From an uncultured Phycisphaerales bacterium (GTDB lineage: Bacteria; Planctomycetota; Phycisphaerae; Tepidisphaerales; Tepidisphaeraceae), in assembly GCA_963755915.1 (NCBI GenBank), contig CAVWLP010000002.1, positions 4,000,001-4,064,000 of the forward strand: a DNA stretch of 64,000 nt, read 5' to 3'. Below are positions 32,453 through 43,216 of the stretch, piece after piece (position 1 is the first letter of the stretch; each line of letters opens with the position of its first letter). The translations under genes and the position numbers were made by a program. The notes below the pieces were generated by a model that was given only the letters and a program-made list of their open reading frames with translations, had not been told where the DNA came from and searched no databases.

Positions 32453-32486
32453 CGCCTCCGTTTCGAAAGACGGAGGCGTTTTTTTT
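32453..32486 (+). terminator. Rho-independent terminator
   Basis: cgcctccgt-ttcgaaag-acggaggcg followed by T8, just downstream of the DUF1559 stop. Confidence 0.85.
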
Positions 32487-32537
32487 GGGGGGATGGGCAG
32501 TGGATTCGTTTGTGCGAAGTGAGCGGTTTTTGGAAGA

Positions 32538-32616
32538 CCCACGGCGGCGCGGTTCGGCTGCCTTCGGCTCTGAGGCTTAGGCTCGAAGAGAGCTCACCGA
32601 AGTCCGTGGGCGTTCA
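32538..32616. repeat. Triple-nested repeat: element C inside element B inside element A
   Basis: cccacggcggcg[cggttcggctg[ccttcggctctgaggcttaggctcgaagag]agctcaccgaagt]ccgtgggcgttca. Confidence 0.85.
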
Positions 32617-32647
32617 GGGATCAAACTGACCGAGTACCGGGGATGGA

Positions 32648-34729
32648 TCAGGGGTTGACTGTCCAGAGACATTCGTCGGTGAATTGCTGTCCGTTTTTCT
32701 CGGCTGATGCAGTTAACTCGCACTTTCCCGGTGCGAGGGGAACCTGATTCCAGACGAAGATGTGGTCGGCACTGGAACGGGTGCCGAGCAACCGGTCGTT
32801 GAGAAAGAGGCGGACCGTCTCGCAATTGGAATAGACCTTCAGGTCGGCGAGTCCGGCGGGGCGGGGGTTGTAGCGCTGGTCGGTGATGTGGACGAAGGGT
32901 TTTTCGGACCAGTTTGCCTTGTAGAAATAGAAGGCGTCTTTTCTGGTTTGGCGGTTGGCGGTGACGAGGCCCTTGTCGTTGCGGCCGGGGGTGTCGCCTT
33001 CATTGCGGGCGTCGGAGGCGAAATCGAACATGCACCAGACGTAGGTGCCCCACAGCCAGGGGCGCTGATTGATGGTGCGCCAGGCGGTTTCGTGGACGAG
33101 GGATTGCCATTCTTCGGGGTGCCAGTGGCCTTTGGTGGAGGGTTGGGTGGTGGGCTGCTCATGTTGCGCGATGCTGGCGCCGGCGCCGTATTCGCTGATG
33201 CCGATGGCGCGGTTGGGGAGGGTGGCGTGGAGTTTATCGAGTTCGGTAGGCCAATCCGAAACGGTTCCGGTGTACCAGCCGAAGTAGCGGTTGAAGCCGA
33301 TGATGTCGGGGTAGCCGTTGAGGGGGATTTCGGCGGGGAGATGGGAGGCGGCGACGGTGAGGCGCGTGGGATCTAGATGGTGGGCGATATCGTTGAGGTC
33401 GTGGACGAGACGCCAATCGGTGCGGGTATGGGGGCCGAGCTCGTTGAAGAGGCTCCAGAAGCAGATGGAGGGGTGATTATAGTTTTGCTTGATGAGCTCG
33501 CGGACCTGCTCCTGCGCGGCGGCGTAGAAGGCGGGGGTGTCGCTGATGCGATTGACGAGGCAGGCTTCGGCCCAGACGACGATGCCGGCGCGGTCGCAGA
33601 GGGAGTATTCGTATTCGGGGTGCTGGTAATGGGCGAGGCGGACGGTGTTGCAGCCCATTTCTTCGATCAGGGCGTAGCTTTGTTCGATATCGGCGGGGGT
33701 GACGGCCCAGCCTTTGTTGAAGAAGTCCTGGTGGACGGCTACGCCGTGGAGGGGGTAGGGATTGTTGTTGAGGAAAAAACCTTTTTGGGCGTCGACGCGG
33801 AAGGTTCTAAGGCCGAGGGGTTGGATGACGCGGTCTACGATCGTTCCGTTTTGGATGAGTTCGACGGTGGCTTGGTAGAGGTAGGGATCGGCTAGGCCGT
33901 TCCAGAGGTGGGGGGAGGGGATGGTTAGATTCTGGGTGACGTTGGCAGTGGAGTTGGCGGAGATATTTTGCGGGATTTGGGCGGAGCAGATTTGGTGATT
34001 TTCCGCGTCGGTGATGGTGCAGCGGACGTTGATGGCGGCGTCGGATGGGGAATCATTTTTCAGGAGGGTTAGGGCGGTGATTGAGGCGGAGTCGGGGGTG
34101 ATGCGGAAGGGCTGGAGGTAGAGGCCGGGGGAGGCGTCGTCCAGGGGGGAGATGTGGATTTTATTGAGGGTGAGGAGATGGACATTGCGATAGAGGCCGC
34201 CGCAGATGGTGAAGTCGCCGGAGAGAGGGGGGACGTCCTGGGTGGGGGAGTTGTCGACGCGGACGGCGAGGAGATTAACGCCGGGGTGGATGAGGGGGGT
34301 GATGTCGAAGCAGAAGGCGGCGAAGGCGCCGGCGTGATGGCCGGCGGGGTGGCCGTTGAGATAGACGTCGGCGACCATCGAGGCGGCTTCGAAGCGGAGG
34401 AAGAATTGTTTGCCGGTGTCGGCGGGGTCGATGTGGAGGGTGCGGCGATACCAGCAGGGGCCGCGGAAATAGTCGTTGCGGCCGTCCTGGCCGTCGAGGG
34501 CGTTCCAGGTGTGGGGGAGGGTGATGGATTGCCAGGCGGTGTCGTTGAAATCGGGGGATTGGGCGGAGGGGATGTCGCGGCGGAGGAAGCGCCAGCCGGT
34601 GGTGAGGAGGGTGTCTTGGTGGATGTCTTGGCGGGGGGATTGGGAGTTGGGGGTGGTGGCGCAGGCGGTGGAGAGGAGAGATAAGAGCGCGGTGAGGAGG
34701 ATGGTGCGGGAGAATGCGGGCGGGGGCAT
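32648..34729 (-). CDS. GH2 glycoside hydrolase, beta-glucuronidase/galacturonidase-like, probable lipoprotein
   Basis: Lipobox-like LSTAC; LPHTWN, VRLAHYQH, WSLFNE, ISEYGAG, NDKGLVT (N-K motif of uronidases). Confidence 0.85.
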   Translation of the reverse strand: MPPPAFSRTILLTALLSLLSTACATTPNSQSPRQDIHQDTLLTTGWRFLRRDIPSAQSPDFNDTAWQSITLPHTWNALDGQDGRNDYFRGPCWYRRTLHIDPADTGKQFFLRFEAASMVADVYLNGHPAGHHAGAFAAFCFDITPLIHPGVNLLAVRVDNSPTQDVPPLSGDFTICGGLYRNVHLLTLNKIHISPLDDASPGLYLQPFRITPDSASITALTLLKNDSPSDAAINVRCTITDAENHQICSAQIPQNISANSTANVTQNLTIPSPHLWNGLADPYLYQATVELIQNGTIVDRVIQPLGLRTFRVDAQKGFFLNNNPYPLHGVAVHQDFFNKGWAVTPADIEQSYALIEEMGCNTVRLAHYQHPEYEYSLCDRAGIVVWAEACLVNRISDTPAFYAAAQEQVRELIKQNYNHPSICFWSLFNELGPHTRTDWRLVHDLNDIAHHLDPTRLTVAASHLPAEIPLNGYPDIIGFNRYFGWYTGTVSDWPTELDKLHATLPNRAIGISEYGAGASIAQHEQPTTQPSTKGHWHPEEWQSLVHETAWRTINQRPWLWGTYVWCMFDFASDARNEGDTPGRNDKGLVTANRQTRKDAFYFYKANWSEKPFVHITDQRYNPRPAGLADLKVYSNCETVRLFLNDRLLGTRSSADHIFVWNQVPLAPGKCELTASAEKNGQQFTDECLWTVNP

Positions 34730-34812
34730 GTGAGGGGGAAATATAGCAGACGTGGCAGTTGAGGGCGCGAGCCTGCGCGGGCAAGAGCCGTTGGTCGGGC
34801 AGATTTTTTTTA

Positions 34813-34880
34813 GGCCCTCACCCCAACCCTCTCCCGGGGTACCGGGCGAGGGGGTAAGAGGGGGTCAGAGGGGATAAGAG
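34813..34880. repeat. REP-like element family E followed by three 10-bp tandem units
   Basis: ggccctcaccccaaccctctcccggggtaccgggcgaggggg, then ggggtaagag/ggggtcagag/gggataagag. Confidence 0.8.
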
Positions 34881-34910
34881 GGGCGGACGCAAATGTGTAA
34901 TTGATTGGAG

Positions 34911-37900
34911 ATGGAACGGAATTGCGAAAAAGGGGTGAATCGGCCAGACTATTTGATCGTGATTCGAGTGCGCATTTCTGGCTGGATTTGGGTGCTGATT
35001 ATCTTGGGCTTGGGGGTTTGGCCGGAGGGCGCGAGGGGGGAAATCGATTCGCGGCAGTTTGGGGCGGACTTGAGCGCGATCTGTGCGTGCGGGTCGAGGG
35101 TGGTGGGGTCGGCGGGGTATTATGAGGCGGGGAAATATCTTGAGCGGGAGATCGGGAAACTTCCTGGGGTGCAGCTTCAGAAGCATGAGTTTGCGGTGAT
35201 GACGCCGGTGACGGAGTGGGCGACGCTGACGATGGAAGGGGGGCGGGTGGAGAATGTTTATCCGTTTTGGCCGGCGCAGATTCGGACGTGCTCTACGCCG
35301 GAGGGGGGAATTTCCGGGAAGGTGGTTTATGCGGGGGAGTGCCGGTACGACGAACTGAAGCCGGCTTCTTTGAATGGGCAGATAGCGGTGATTGAGGCGT
35401 CGGCGGGGGGGCGATGGCCGGAGGTTTTTTATCAGGGGGCGCGGGCGGCGCTGGTACTGGGGAGTGCGGAGACGAGTTGGGTGGATCTGAAGGACGACGA
35501 TCTTCGGATTCCGGTGAATTTTCCGAGGTTTTATGTGCCGCCGGGGAAGCTTGCGGATGATCTGCGGGCGGGGCGAATTGGGCAGGCGACGCTGAGGGCG
35601 AGTGTGAAATGGGAGAGGAGGGTGGGGGTGAATTATTATGCGCTGGTCGATGGAGCAAAGGGGGGAAGAAGAAGGGGGCGGCGCTGATGTTCAGCGTGCC
35701 GCTGGATTCTACCTCGCTGGTTCCGGATTTGTCGCCGGGGGCGAGCCAGGCGGTGCAGGCGGCGGCCGGGCTGGGGCTGGTTCGCGATCTGGCGAAGCAT
35801 CCGTGGGGACGGCCGGTGGTGGTGTTTTTTTCCGGGGCGGATGGGATTCAGTTTTTGGGGACGCGGAATATGCTGATGGCGCTGGGGTCGGGGGCGGAGA
35901 CGTGGGGGGGGCAGATGGGGGAGATGGATGGAGGCATTGCGGAGGCGAGAGGCGAGATTGAAGAGGCGGTTGCGGTGCGCAAATCTTTGCAGGAGTTGGC
36001 GGAGGGTGGGGATCGGGGGCTGGTGCAGAGAATTTTGGAGATCGTGGATGCGGATGCGCTGGGGGTGCAGGATCGGCTGTTTCGGCTTCGCAATGACGGG
36101 GCGGGGGAAGGGGAGATTGCGAAATTGGCGGATGAGCAGCAGGAGTTGAACCGGGTGCGGGCGATGTTTCGGGATCGTCCGGGGGAATTGAGCCAGGCGG
36201 GGTATTCCGCGGAGGCGAGAGATTATATCGATCGGACTATTGCGCGGCTGGGGGGGCTGGTTCAGGAATATAGCGCGCGGAAGGGGGAGTTGCGGAGGCG
36301 AATTGAATTGCATGGTTGGCTGGCGAGCGCGGAGGGTGCGAAGCAGCAGGGGGGGCTGATTGAATTGCTGGTGGGGCTGGATTTAACGGATCGGGGGTAT
36401 CGGGTGGGGCCGTTGTCGTTTGGATATTTCCAGCGGGCAGCCAATGGGGCGATGGGGGAAGTGAGTCCGTTTACGCAATGGATGCTGGAGCGGGGGGAGG
36501 ATTTCGCGAATCATGTTGCGGGGAGCGGGTGGTGGGGGAAGGTGAGTGGGGAGATCGATCTGGGGCCGTTGCGGGGGTTGCGGTCGGCGAATAGTTTTCT
36601 GGCGGGGCCTTTGCCGGTGGGATCGGAGATGGCGTTTGGATGGGGGGTGCCGGGGTTGTCGATGGTGACGCTGGACGATCTTCGGCTGAGGCGGGATACG
36701 CCGACGGACACGGTGGATCGGATTGATGTGGGGGTGGTGGTGGGGGAGTTGAATGGGGTGCGGGATTTGTTTGCGAATGCGTGGAGCGATCCGGCGTTTC
36801 GTGGGCAGGGGCGGGTGAGGCAATTGAACGCGGGGTTTACGGGGCAGGTGGTGAGCGCGTCGGCGGGGAGGCCGGTTCCGGATTTGCCGCGGGAGGGTTT
36901 TCTGGCGACGTATTCGTATATTTTGAACGGGGCCGTGGATCAGAAGATTCCACCGCTGGGGGCGATGCCTTGGGTGCTGGGGATTCGACGGACGGAGGTT
37001 CAGGCGTGTGATTCGTTGGGGGAGTATCGGTTTGAAGGGTTGCCGCAGTTTCCGAGTGACGTGCTGGTGGGGCCGTTCAATGCGACGAACGATATGCAGA
37101 CGTTTGCGGTGAATGTTTATCGGGTTGATCCTTCGAGCGGGGAGATCACGGCGACGACGGATTATGGGAGGCAGGCGGAGGATATTAAATGGTCGGCGGA
37201 TATCAAGCAGGAGGTTCCGCCGCTGCGGAGTTTGCCGTTTGATTGCGAGGAGTATTCGCTGAGCGGGTTATACGATCCGCGATTTTTGCAGACGCTGGGG
37301 GCGGTTTCGGTTCTGGACGCGCGGCGGGGAGCGGAGGCGGAGCATTATTCGGTGTGGCTGGATAATAAGATGCTGGCGGGTTTTGCGGAGCCGGGGGCGC
37401 GGAGCGATCTGCTGATCCGGTATGGGGCGATTGGGAATCGGTTGATTCTGGTCAACGTCCCACCGAGCGGGGAGGGGGAGGGGCGCGGATATACGGCGGG
37501 GGAGTTGAATGGGCTGGGGCCGTTGGCGCTGGCGACAGCGCGGGATTTTTATCGGTTGGATGATGCGAGGCTGGAGAATTATCGGCGGGCGGGAGTGTCG
37601 AGCGGGTTGGTGGATGAATTGCATCGGGAAGCGGGCGAGGAGATTGGGGAGGCAGAGGAGGCGCAGCGCGGGGATGACGGGGTGGCGCTGATGCGCAGCG
37701 CGACGGGGGCTTGGGCGAATGAGGCGCGGGTGTATGACGCGGCGCAGGCGATGGCGCGGGACGTGGTGCGGGCGGCGATTTTTCTGCTGATGATCTGTGT
37801 GCCGTTTTCGTTTTGCATGGAGAGGCTGCTGATCGCTTCGCCGAATGTGTACCGGCAACTCGGCGGGATGGGAGGCATTTTTGCGGTGATGACGGGGGCG

Positions 37901-39889
37901 CTGTGGACGTTTCATCCGGCATTTAAGATCAGCGCGAGTCCGCTGATGATTGTTCTGGCGTTTGCGATCATTTTCATGTCGGGGCTGGTGATTGTGGTGC
38001 TGTATCAGAAGTTTGACGCGGAACTGAAGCGAATGCGGACGGGGAGGGTGGCGGCGAACGGGGCGTCGTTTGGGAGGATGAGCGTACTGATGAGCGCTGT
38101 GCTGCTGGGGATCGCGAATATGCGCCGGCGGAAGTTTCGGACGCTGCTGACCAGTGTGACGATCGTGCTGATCACGTTCGTTGTTTTGTGGTTTACGAGC
38201 ACGAGCCGGTTTCTGGGGACGACGACGGTGGCGACGGGGGTTGCGAGTTCGCATCGGGGAATCATGCTGAGGCAGCGGGGGTTCAGGCCGATTCCGGAAA
38301 TGATGGCGGAGCAATTGCGGGCGGTGCTGGCGGATCCGGCGCTGAAGCTGGGGAAGGCGCGGGTGGTGGAGCGGTGGTGGGCGGTTTCGGCGGATCCGCA
38401 GGATGAATATGACATTGTGGTTGGTACGGGGGGAGGAAAATCGAGGGAGTTTGCGGTGCCGGGGATACTGGGGCTTTCGCCGGGGGAGGGGGAGGTTTCG
38501 CGAGCGGCGGAGGTGATTGGGGCGGATAAATTTGCGCGGCTGGAGAGGGGTGAACAGAACATTGTGTACCTGAGCGGGGCGACGGCGGCGAACATGGGGG
38601 TGCGCGAAGGGGACAGGATTCGGCTGGGGGGGATTGAACTCCAAGTCGCGGGGATATTTTCGGCGGATGCTTTCGATCAGGAGGTTTTATCGCTGGATGG
38701 GCAGGGGATTTCGCCGCTGAAATATAGCGCGGGGGAGCTGGATCCGGGGGGGCAGTCGATGGACGATGCGAGCATGCAGTCGCTGGAGCTTTCGGGAAGC
38801 TCGGCGGCGGCGGAGGCGGGGGTGGTTTATGAGCATCTGTCGGCGACGGATTTTGTGATCGTGCCGTCGGGACTTTGCCGGAGGCTGATGAACAGCTCGC
38901 TGCGGACGGTAGCGGTTCGGCTCGGGAGCGAAGAGGAAGTGAAGACGGTGAGCGATGAAGTGGCGCGGCGTTTTGTGCTGGCGACGTACGCGGGATATGA
39001 CGACGGGGTGAAGATGGTGGCGGCGGGAAATCTGATGAGCATCAGCGGAACAACGCAGGTGGCGATTCCGCTGCTGATCGCGGCGCTGATTGTTTTCAAC
39101 ACGATGATGGGGGCGACGGCGGAGCGGAAGAGGGAGATTCACGTGTATACGTCGCTGGGGCTGGCGCCGATGCACGTGGGGGCGCTGTTTGTGGCAGAGG
39201 CGATGACGTATGGGTTGATTGGGACGGTGTTTGGGTATGTGATCGGGCAGGGGATCGGGAGCGCGCTGCTGAAGCTGGGATGGCTGGGGAGCATCACGCT
39301 GAATTATTCGGGGAGCAGCGCGATCATGACCATGGGATTGATCCTGGCGGTCGTGTTTGTGAGCGCGCTGGTGCCGGCGCGGGTGGCGAGCAAGATCGCG
39401 GCGCCGAGTATTGATCGGACATGGAAGGTGCCGGCGGCGATGAATGATGAGATCCGGGCGGTGCTACCGTTTACGATCAACCGGACGGCGGCGGAGGGGG
39501 CGCTGGCGTATATCGCGGAGTATCTGGAGCTGCATCGGGAGGGGAGTATCGGGAAATTCGCATCCGATCGGGTCGATCCGGTGGCATATGAGGAGACGGG
39601 GGGGTCGTCGCGGGCATTAAAGACGACGGTGTGGCTGACGCCTTATGACCTGGGGATAAGGCAGCAGATGCTGCTGCTGATTCATCCGGGTGTGGATAAG
39701 GATATTTATGAGGTTGAAGTTCGGCTGCGGCGTCAGAGCGGGGATGACGGGAGCTGGCACCGGATGAACAAGACGTTTTTGACGGAATTGCGGAAGCAGT
39801 TTTTGCAATGGCGATCGCTGACGCCGGCGCGGATGCTGGAATATGTGGAGCAGAGCAAGCGGCTGTTTGCGGCGCCGGCAGGTGTTTAA
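34911..39889 (+). CDS. Giant (about 1650 aa) membrane protein: PA + degenerate M28 peptidase-like ectodomain, beta-sandwich, TM block, MacB/FtsX-like permease (frameshift near 35665; start approximate)
   Basis: RVVGSAG; PA-like GISGKVVYAG; M28-like PLDS..PGAS..RPVVVFFSGA; GIANMRRRKFRTLLT; ERKREIHVYTSLGLAP..LFVAEA; VPARVASK. Confidence 0.8.
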
Positions 39890-39894
39890 CGCGG

Positions 39895-41902
39895 ATGAAA
39901 GAAGATCTTGAACTGAAAGCATTTCGGGAGCTGATGGAGCCGCCCGATACGTGGGAGGACGGTTTTGGCCTGAAGGCCATGATCGGGGGGGTGTTCGTCG
40001 GCGTGATTATGACGCCGGCGAGCATGTATATGCAGCTTGTGGCGGGATCGGAGGTGGGGACGGCGGCGCAGTGGGTGACGATCATTTTGTTCCTGGAGCT
40101 GGCGCGGCGGAGTTTTACGGTTTTGAAGCGGCCGGAGATTTTTGTGCTTTATTACATGGCGGGGGCGTGCCTGGTGAACACGACTTCGGCCAATGGGGGG
40201 CCGGGGCATGGGTTGCTGTGGCAGCAGTTCATTGTGCAGAGCGATTCGTTTCGGCAGTTTGGGCTGGCGGGAAAGATACCGTCGTGGGTGGCGCCGTCTT
40301 CGCCGACGGTGTTGGGGGCGAGGAGCTTTTTCAATTCAGAATGGATCGCGCCGGTGGGGCTGCTGATTCTGGGGCAGTTTTTGGCGCGGGTGGATAATTT
40401 TTGTTTGGGATACGTGATGTACCGGGTGACGAGCGACGTGGAGAAGCTGCCGTTTCCGCTGGCGCCGGTGGGGCGCAGGGGGTGACGGCACTGGCGGATG
40501 CGTCGAAGGGGGATGACACGTGGCGGTGGCGGGTGTTCAGTTTTGGGGCGATGCTGGGGATTGGGTTTGCGGCGATTTACATCGCGCTACCGTCGATAAC
40601 GGGATCATTTTTGCCGCAGCCGATCAGCATTATTTCGTTTCCGTTCAAGGATTTCACGAGCAACACGGAGGATTTTCTGCCGGCGGTGCCGATGATCGTG
40701 GCGTTTGATTTGGGGCTGGTGATTTTGGGGATGGTGCTGCCGTACTGGGCGATGGTGGGGAGTTTGATCGGGCTGATTGGGTCGATGGTTATGAATCCGG
40801 TGCTGTTTCATTTTGGGATATTGAAGAGTTGGGGGCCGGGGCTGGGGGCGGTGCGGACGATGGAAGCGAACACGCTGGATTTTTACTTTTCATTTGGGCT
40901 GGGACTGACGGGAGCGATCGCGGTGATTGGGATTTGGCACGTGGTGAGCCGGTTGTTTGGCGGGCGTGAAGGCCCCGGGCAAAGCGATTGGCGGTCGCTG
41001 CTGAAGCCACCGCCGGGGAGGGGGGATTTTTCGGTGTGGCTGGCGCTGTTTCTATATTTCGCGGCGGCGTTTTCGACGATTGGGGTTGCGTGGTGGCTGC
41101 TGCGTATGGCGCACCTGGAGGGGATGGGAAGCGCGGTGACGGCGCGGTTGCTGGGGGTGCTGATTTTTTATGGGTTGTTTTATTCGCCGATCATTGGATA
41201 TGTGAGCGCACGGATGGAGGGAATCGTGGGGCAGAATGTTGAGCTGCCGTACGTGCGCGAGGCGGCGCGGATATTGACGGGATATCGCGGGGCGGCGATC
41301 TGGTTCATTCCGATGCCGAGCAACAATTATGGAAATCAGGCGCTTTATTTCCGCAAGACGGAACTTACGGGAACGAAGATCAGCTCGATGGTGAAGGCGG
41401 AATTGTTTGTGTTTCCGGTGACCGTGCTGGCGATGGTGGTGTTCAGCAATTTGATCTGGAAGATTGCGCCCGTGCCGAGCGGGGCGTTTCCGTATGCGCA
41501 GCAGTGGTGGGAATTGGCGGCGTATCGGCAGGGGCTGCTCTATTCGAGCACGCTGGCGGGGGGGAATTCAGTCCCTTTTCGCAGGCGTTTCATCCGGGTT
41601 ATCTGCTGGGTGGATTGGGGGGATCGGTGGTGTTGTATGTATTGTTGTCGGCGCTGGGAATGCCGGTGCTGCTCTTTTATGGGATTGTGCGGGGGATGGA
41701 TCAGAGCGCGCCGCAGGTGATCCTGCCGGAATTTTTCGGGGCGCTTTTGGGGCGGTATTATTTCGAGAAAAAGATCGGTCCGAAGTGGAAACAGTACATC
41801 GTGGTTTTCTTTGCGGGGTATAGCTGCGGGGTTGGATTGATCATGATGTTCAGCCTTGGGCTGGTGTTTATAAGTAAGAGCGTTTTTCAGAGGCCTTATT
41901 GA
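39895..41902 (+). CDS. OPT-superfamily-like multipass transporter (frameshifts near 40470 and 41578)
   Basis: EDGFGLKAMIGGVFVG..PASMYM, SDVEKLPFPLAPV; many TM segments across ORFs 39808-40485, 40401-41720 and 41504-41902. Confidence 0.7.
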
Positions 41903-42882
41903 TGATTTTCGCGTGGCAAGGTTGGCAACTTCAGATGCCGGATGAATGGAATCCGGTGAATCTCCATGGGACGTTCGAGGCGGGTTATGCGCTGCTGTCG
42001 GATATTCATCGGCCGCGGCTGGGAATTCGGTGGGGGACGCCTGGGAGGGGATTCGATTGCAAGCGATGGGCGCGGGAGGCGCTGGTGGCGGAGATTGGGG
42101 AGCTTGCGGCGAAGGAAGGGGAAGAGTGCGGGGATGAGCGATTTGGGGAGGCGATTTTGTATTTGGAGGCGGAGCCGCCGGGACGGGACGTTTGGGTGGG
42201 GTTCAGCAAGGTTTTGGGGCGAACATTTGAGATGGTTCATCACGTTTACACAGGCGAAACTTCGAAGATGAGAAAGTTGGGAAAGGGATTTTCGGACGGG
42301 GCGATTGGATGTGGCTCAAAATTCTTTCACGGCCCTCACCCCCTCCCTCTCCTCTTCGAGCCTGAGCCTCAGAGCCGAAGGCCAGAGTACCGGGCGAGGG
42401 GGAAAGAAGCGCGTGGGGGAGAAATGGCTTGGGCGGCGTTTGATTTGAGTTGCGTGACTGGCGGTGGGTGGCGGCTGGCTTCGCATAAGATGAATGCGGG
42501 GGATTTGAGTTTGGAATTCGCGCGGAAATCGGAGCGGATGAGCGTGCGGCAGATCGCGGTGGCGCATTTGGCGTTGAAGCGGATGCTGCTGGAGAAGTGG
42601 ATAGAGGAGCAAAGTCGGCCGTGGATGAAACGGTATCGCCGGGTCGGCGACGTTGCGGCGGTTTCGATGGCGACGAGCGACGGGCGCGGGTTGGAAGGTG
42701 TTTCGTGCCGGCTGGAGCGCCGGAAGTTGATGATCTGGGGGCCCGGGATGGGGGCGATGTATCTGGCGGTGCTGCATGATGCAAGGAGGGACCGGCTGAT
42801 ATTCGTGGAGGCGAAGGACGAATCGCAGGCGGAGGAGTTGGTGCGTTCGGTTGGTTGGGCGGCGCAGGAGGTTTTGTGTTGA
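41899..42882 (+). CDS. Hypothetical protein of the FtsX/OPT operon, carrying an in-frame repeat insertion
   Basis: Overlaps both neighbours (TTGA couplings); two similar halves (FAWQGWQLQMPDEW / WAAFDLSCVTGGGW). Confidence 0.7.
   Translation: MMIFAWQGWQLQMPDEWNPVNLHGTFEAGYALLSDIHRPRLGIRWGTPGRGFDCKRWAREALVAEIGELAAKEGEECGDERFGEAILYLEAEPPGRDVWVGFSKVLGRTFEMVHHVYTGETSKMRKLGKGFSDGAIGCGSKFFHGPHPLPLLFEPEPQSRRPEYRARGKEARGGEMAWAAFDLSCVTGGGWRLASHKMNAGDLSLEFARKSERMSVRQIAVAHLALKRMLLEKWIEEQSRPWMKRYRRVGDVAAVSMATSDGRGLEGVSCRLERRKLMIWGPGMGAMYLAVLHDARRDRLIFVEAKDESQAEELVRSVGWAAQEVLC
42331..42409. repeat. Element E with nested 30-bp element C (42352-42381), inside a CDS
   Basis: ggccctcaccccctccctctc[ctcttcgagcctgagcctcagagccgaagg]ccagagtaccgggcgagggggaaagaag. 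Confidence 0.85.
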
Positions 42883-43203
42883 CGCGTGAGGATATTCTGA
42901 CGGCGAAGCCGCTGCGCGGCGGACGCGGTGGTGGAGCGGCGGGAAGACGGCGGTGCGCACGTGAAGATTCCGGTGAGCGGGCGGTGGCCGTTTCGGATGC
43001 CGGCAGGGGCGGTGAAAACGTTCGAGCTTGACGAGATGGGATTGTGGGTTTGGGATGCGTGCGACGGGAAGAGGACGCTGCTGGAGGTGATTACGAAGTT
43101 TGCCGAAAATTACCGGCTGAGCGTGCGGGAGGCGGAAGTGGCGACGACGAAGTTTTTGCAGACGCTGGGATCGCGGCGGCTGATGAGGTTGGAACCGAAA
43201 TAG
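42879..43203 (+). CDS. PqqD/RRE-like winged-helix protein (frameshift near 42920)
   Basis: MTREDILTAKPLR, then FELDEMGLWVWDACDGKRTLLEVITKFAENYRLSVREAEVATTKFLQTLGSRRLM. Confidence 0.75.
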
Positions 43204-43216
43204 GATGTGAGCGGCA

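Noticed and set aside
26486-32616. CRISPR array from recurring 24-40 bp palindromes
   Set aside because: The copies are dispersed kilobases apart with no regular repeat-spacer period, and there are no cas genes.
35636-39175. Long Pro/Arg/His-rich antisense ORFs (e.g. 37268-38644)
   Set aside because: Shadow ORFs caused by high GC and extreme G skew opposite a well-supported gene.
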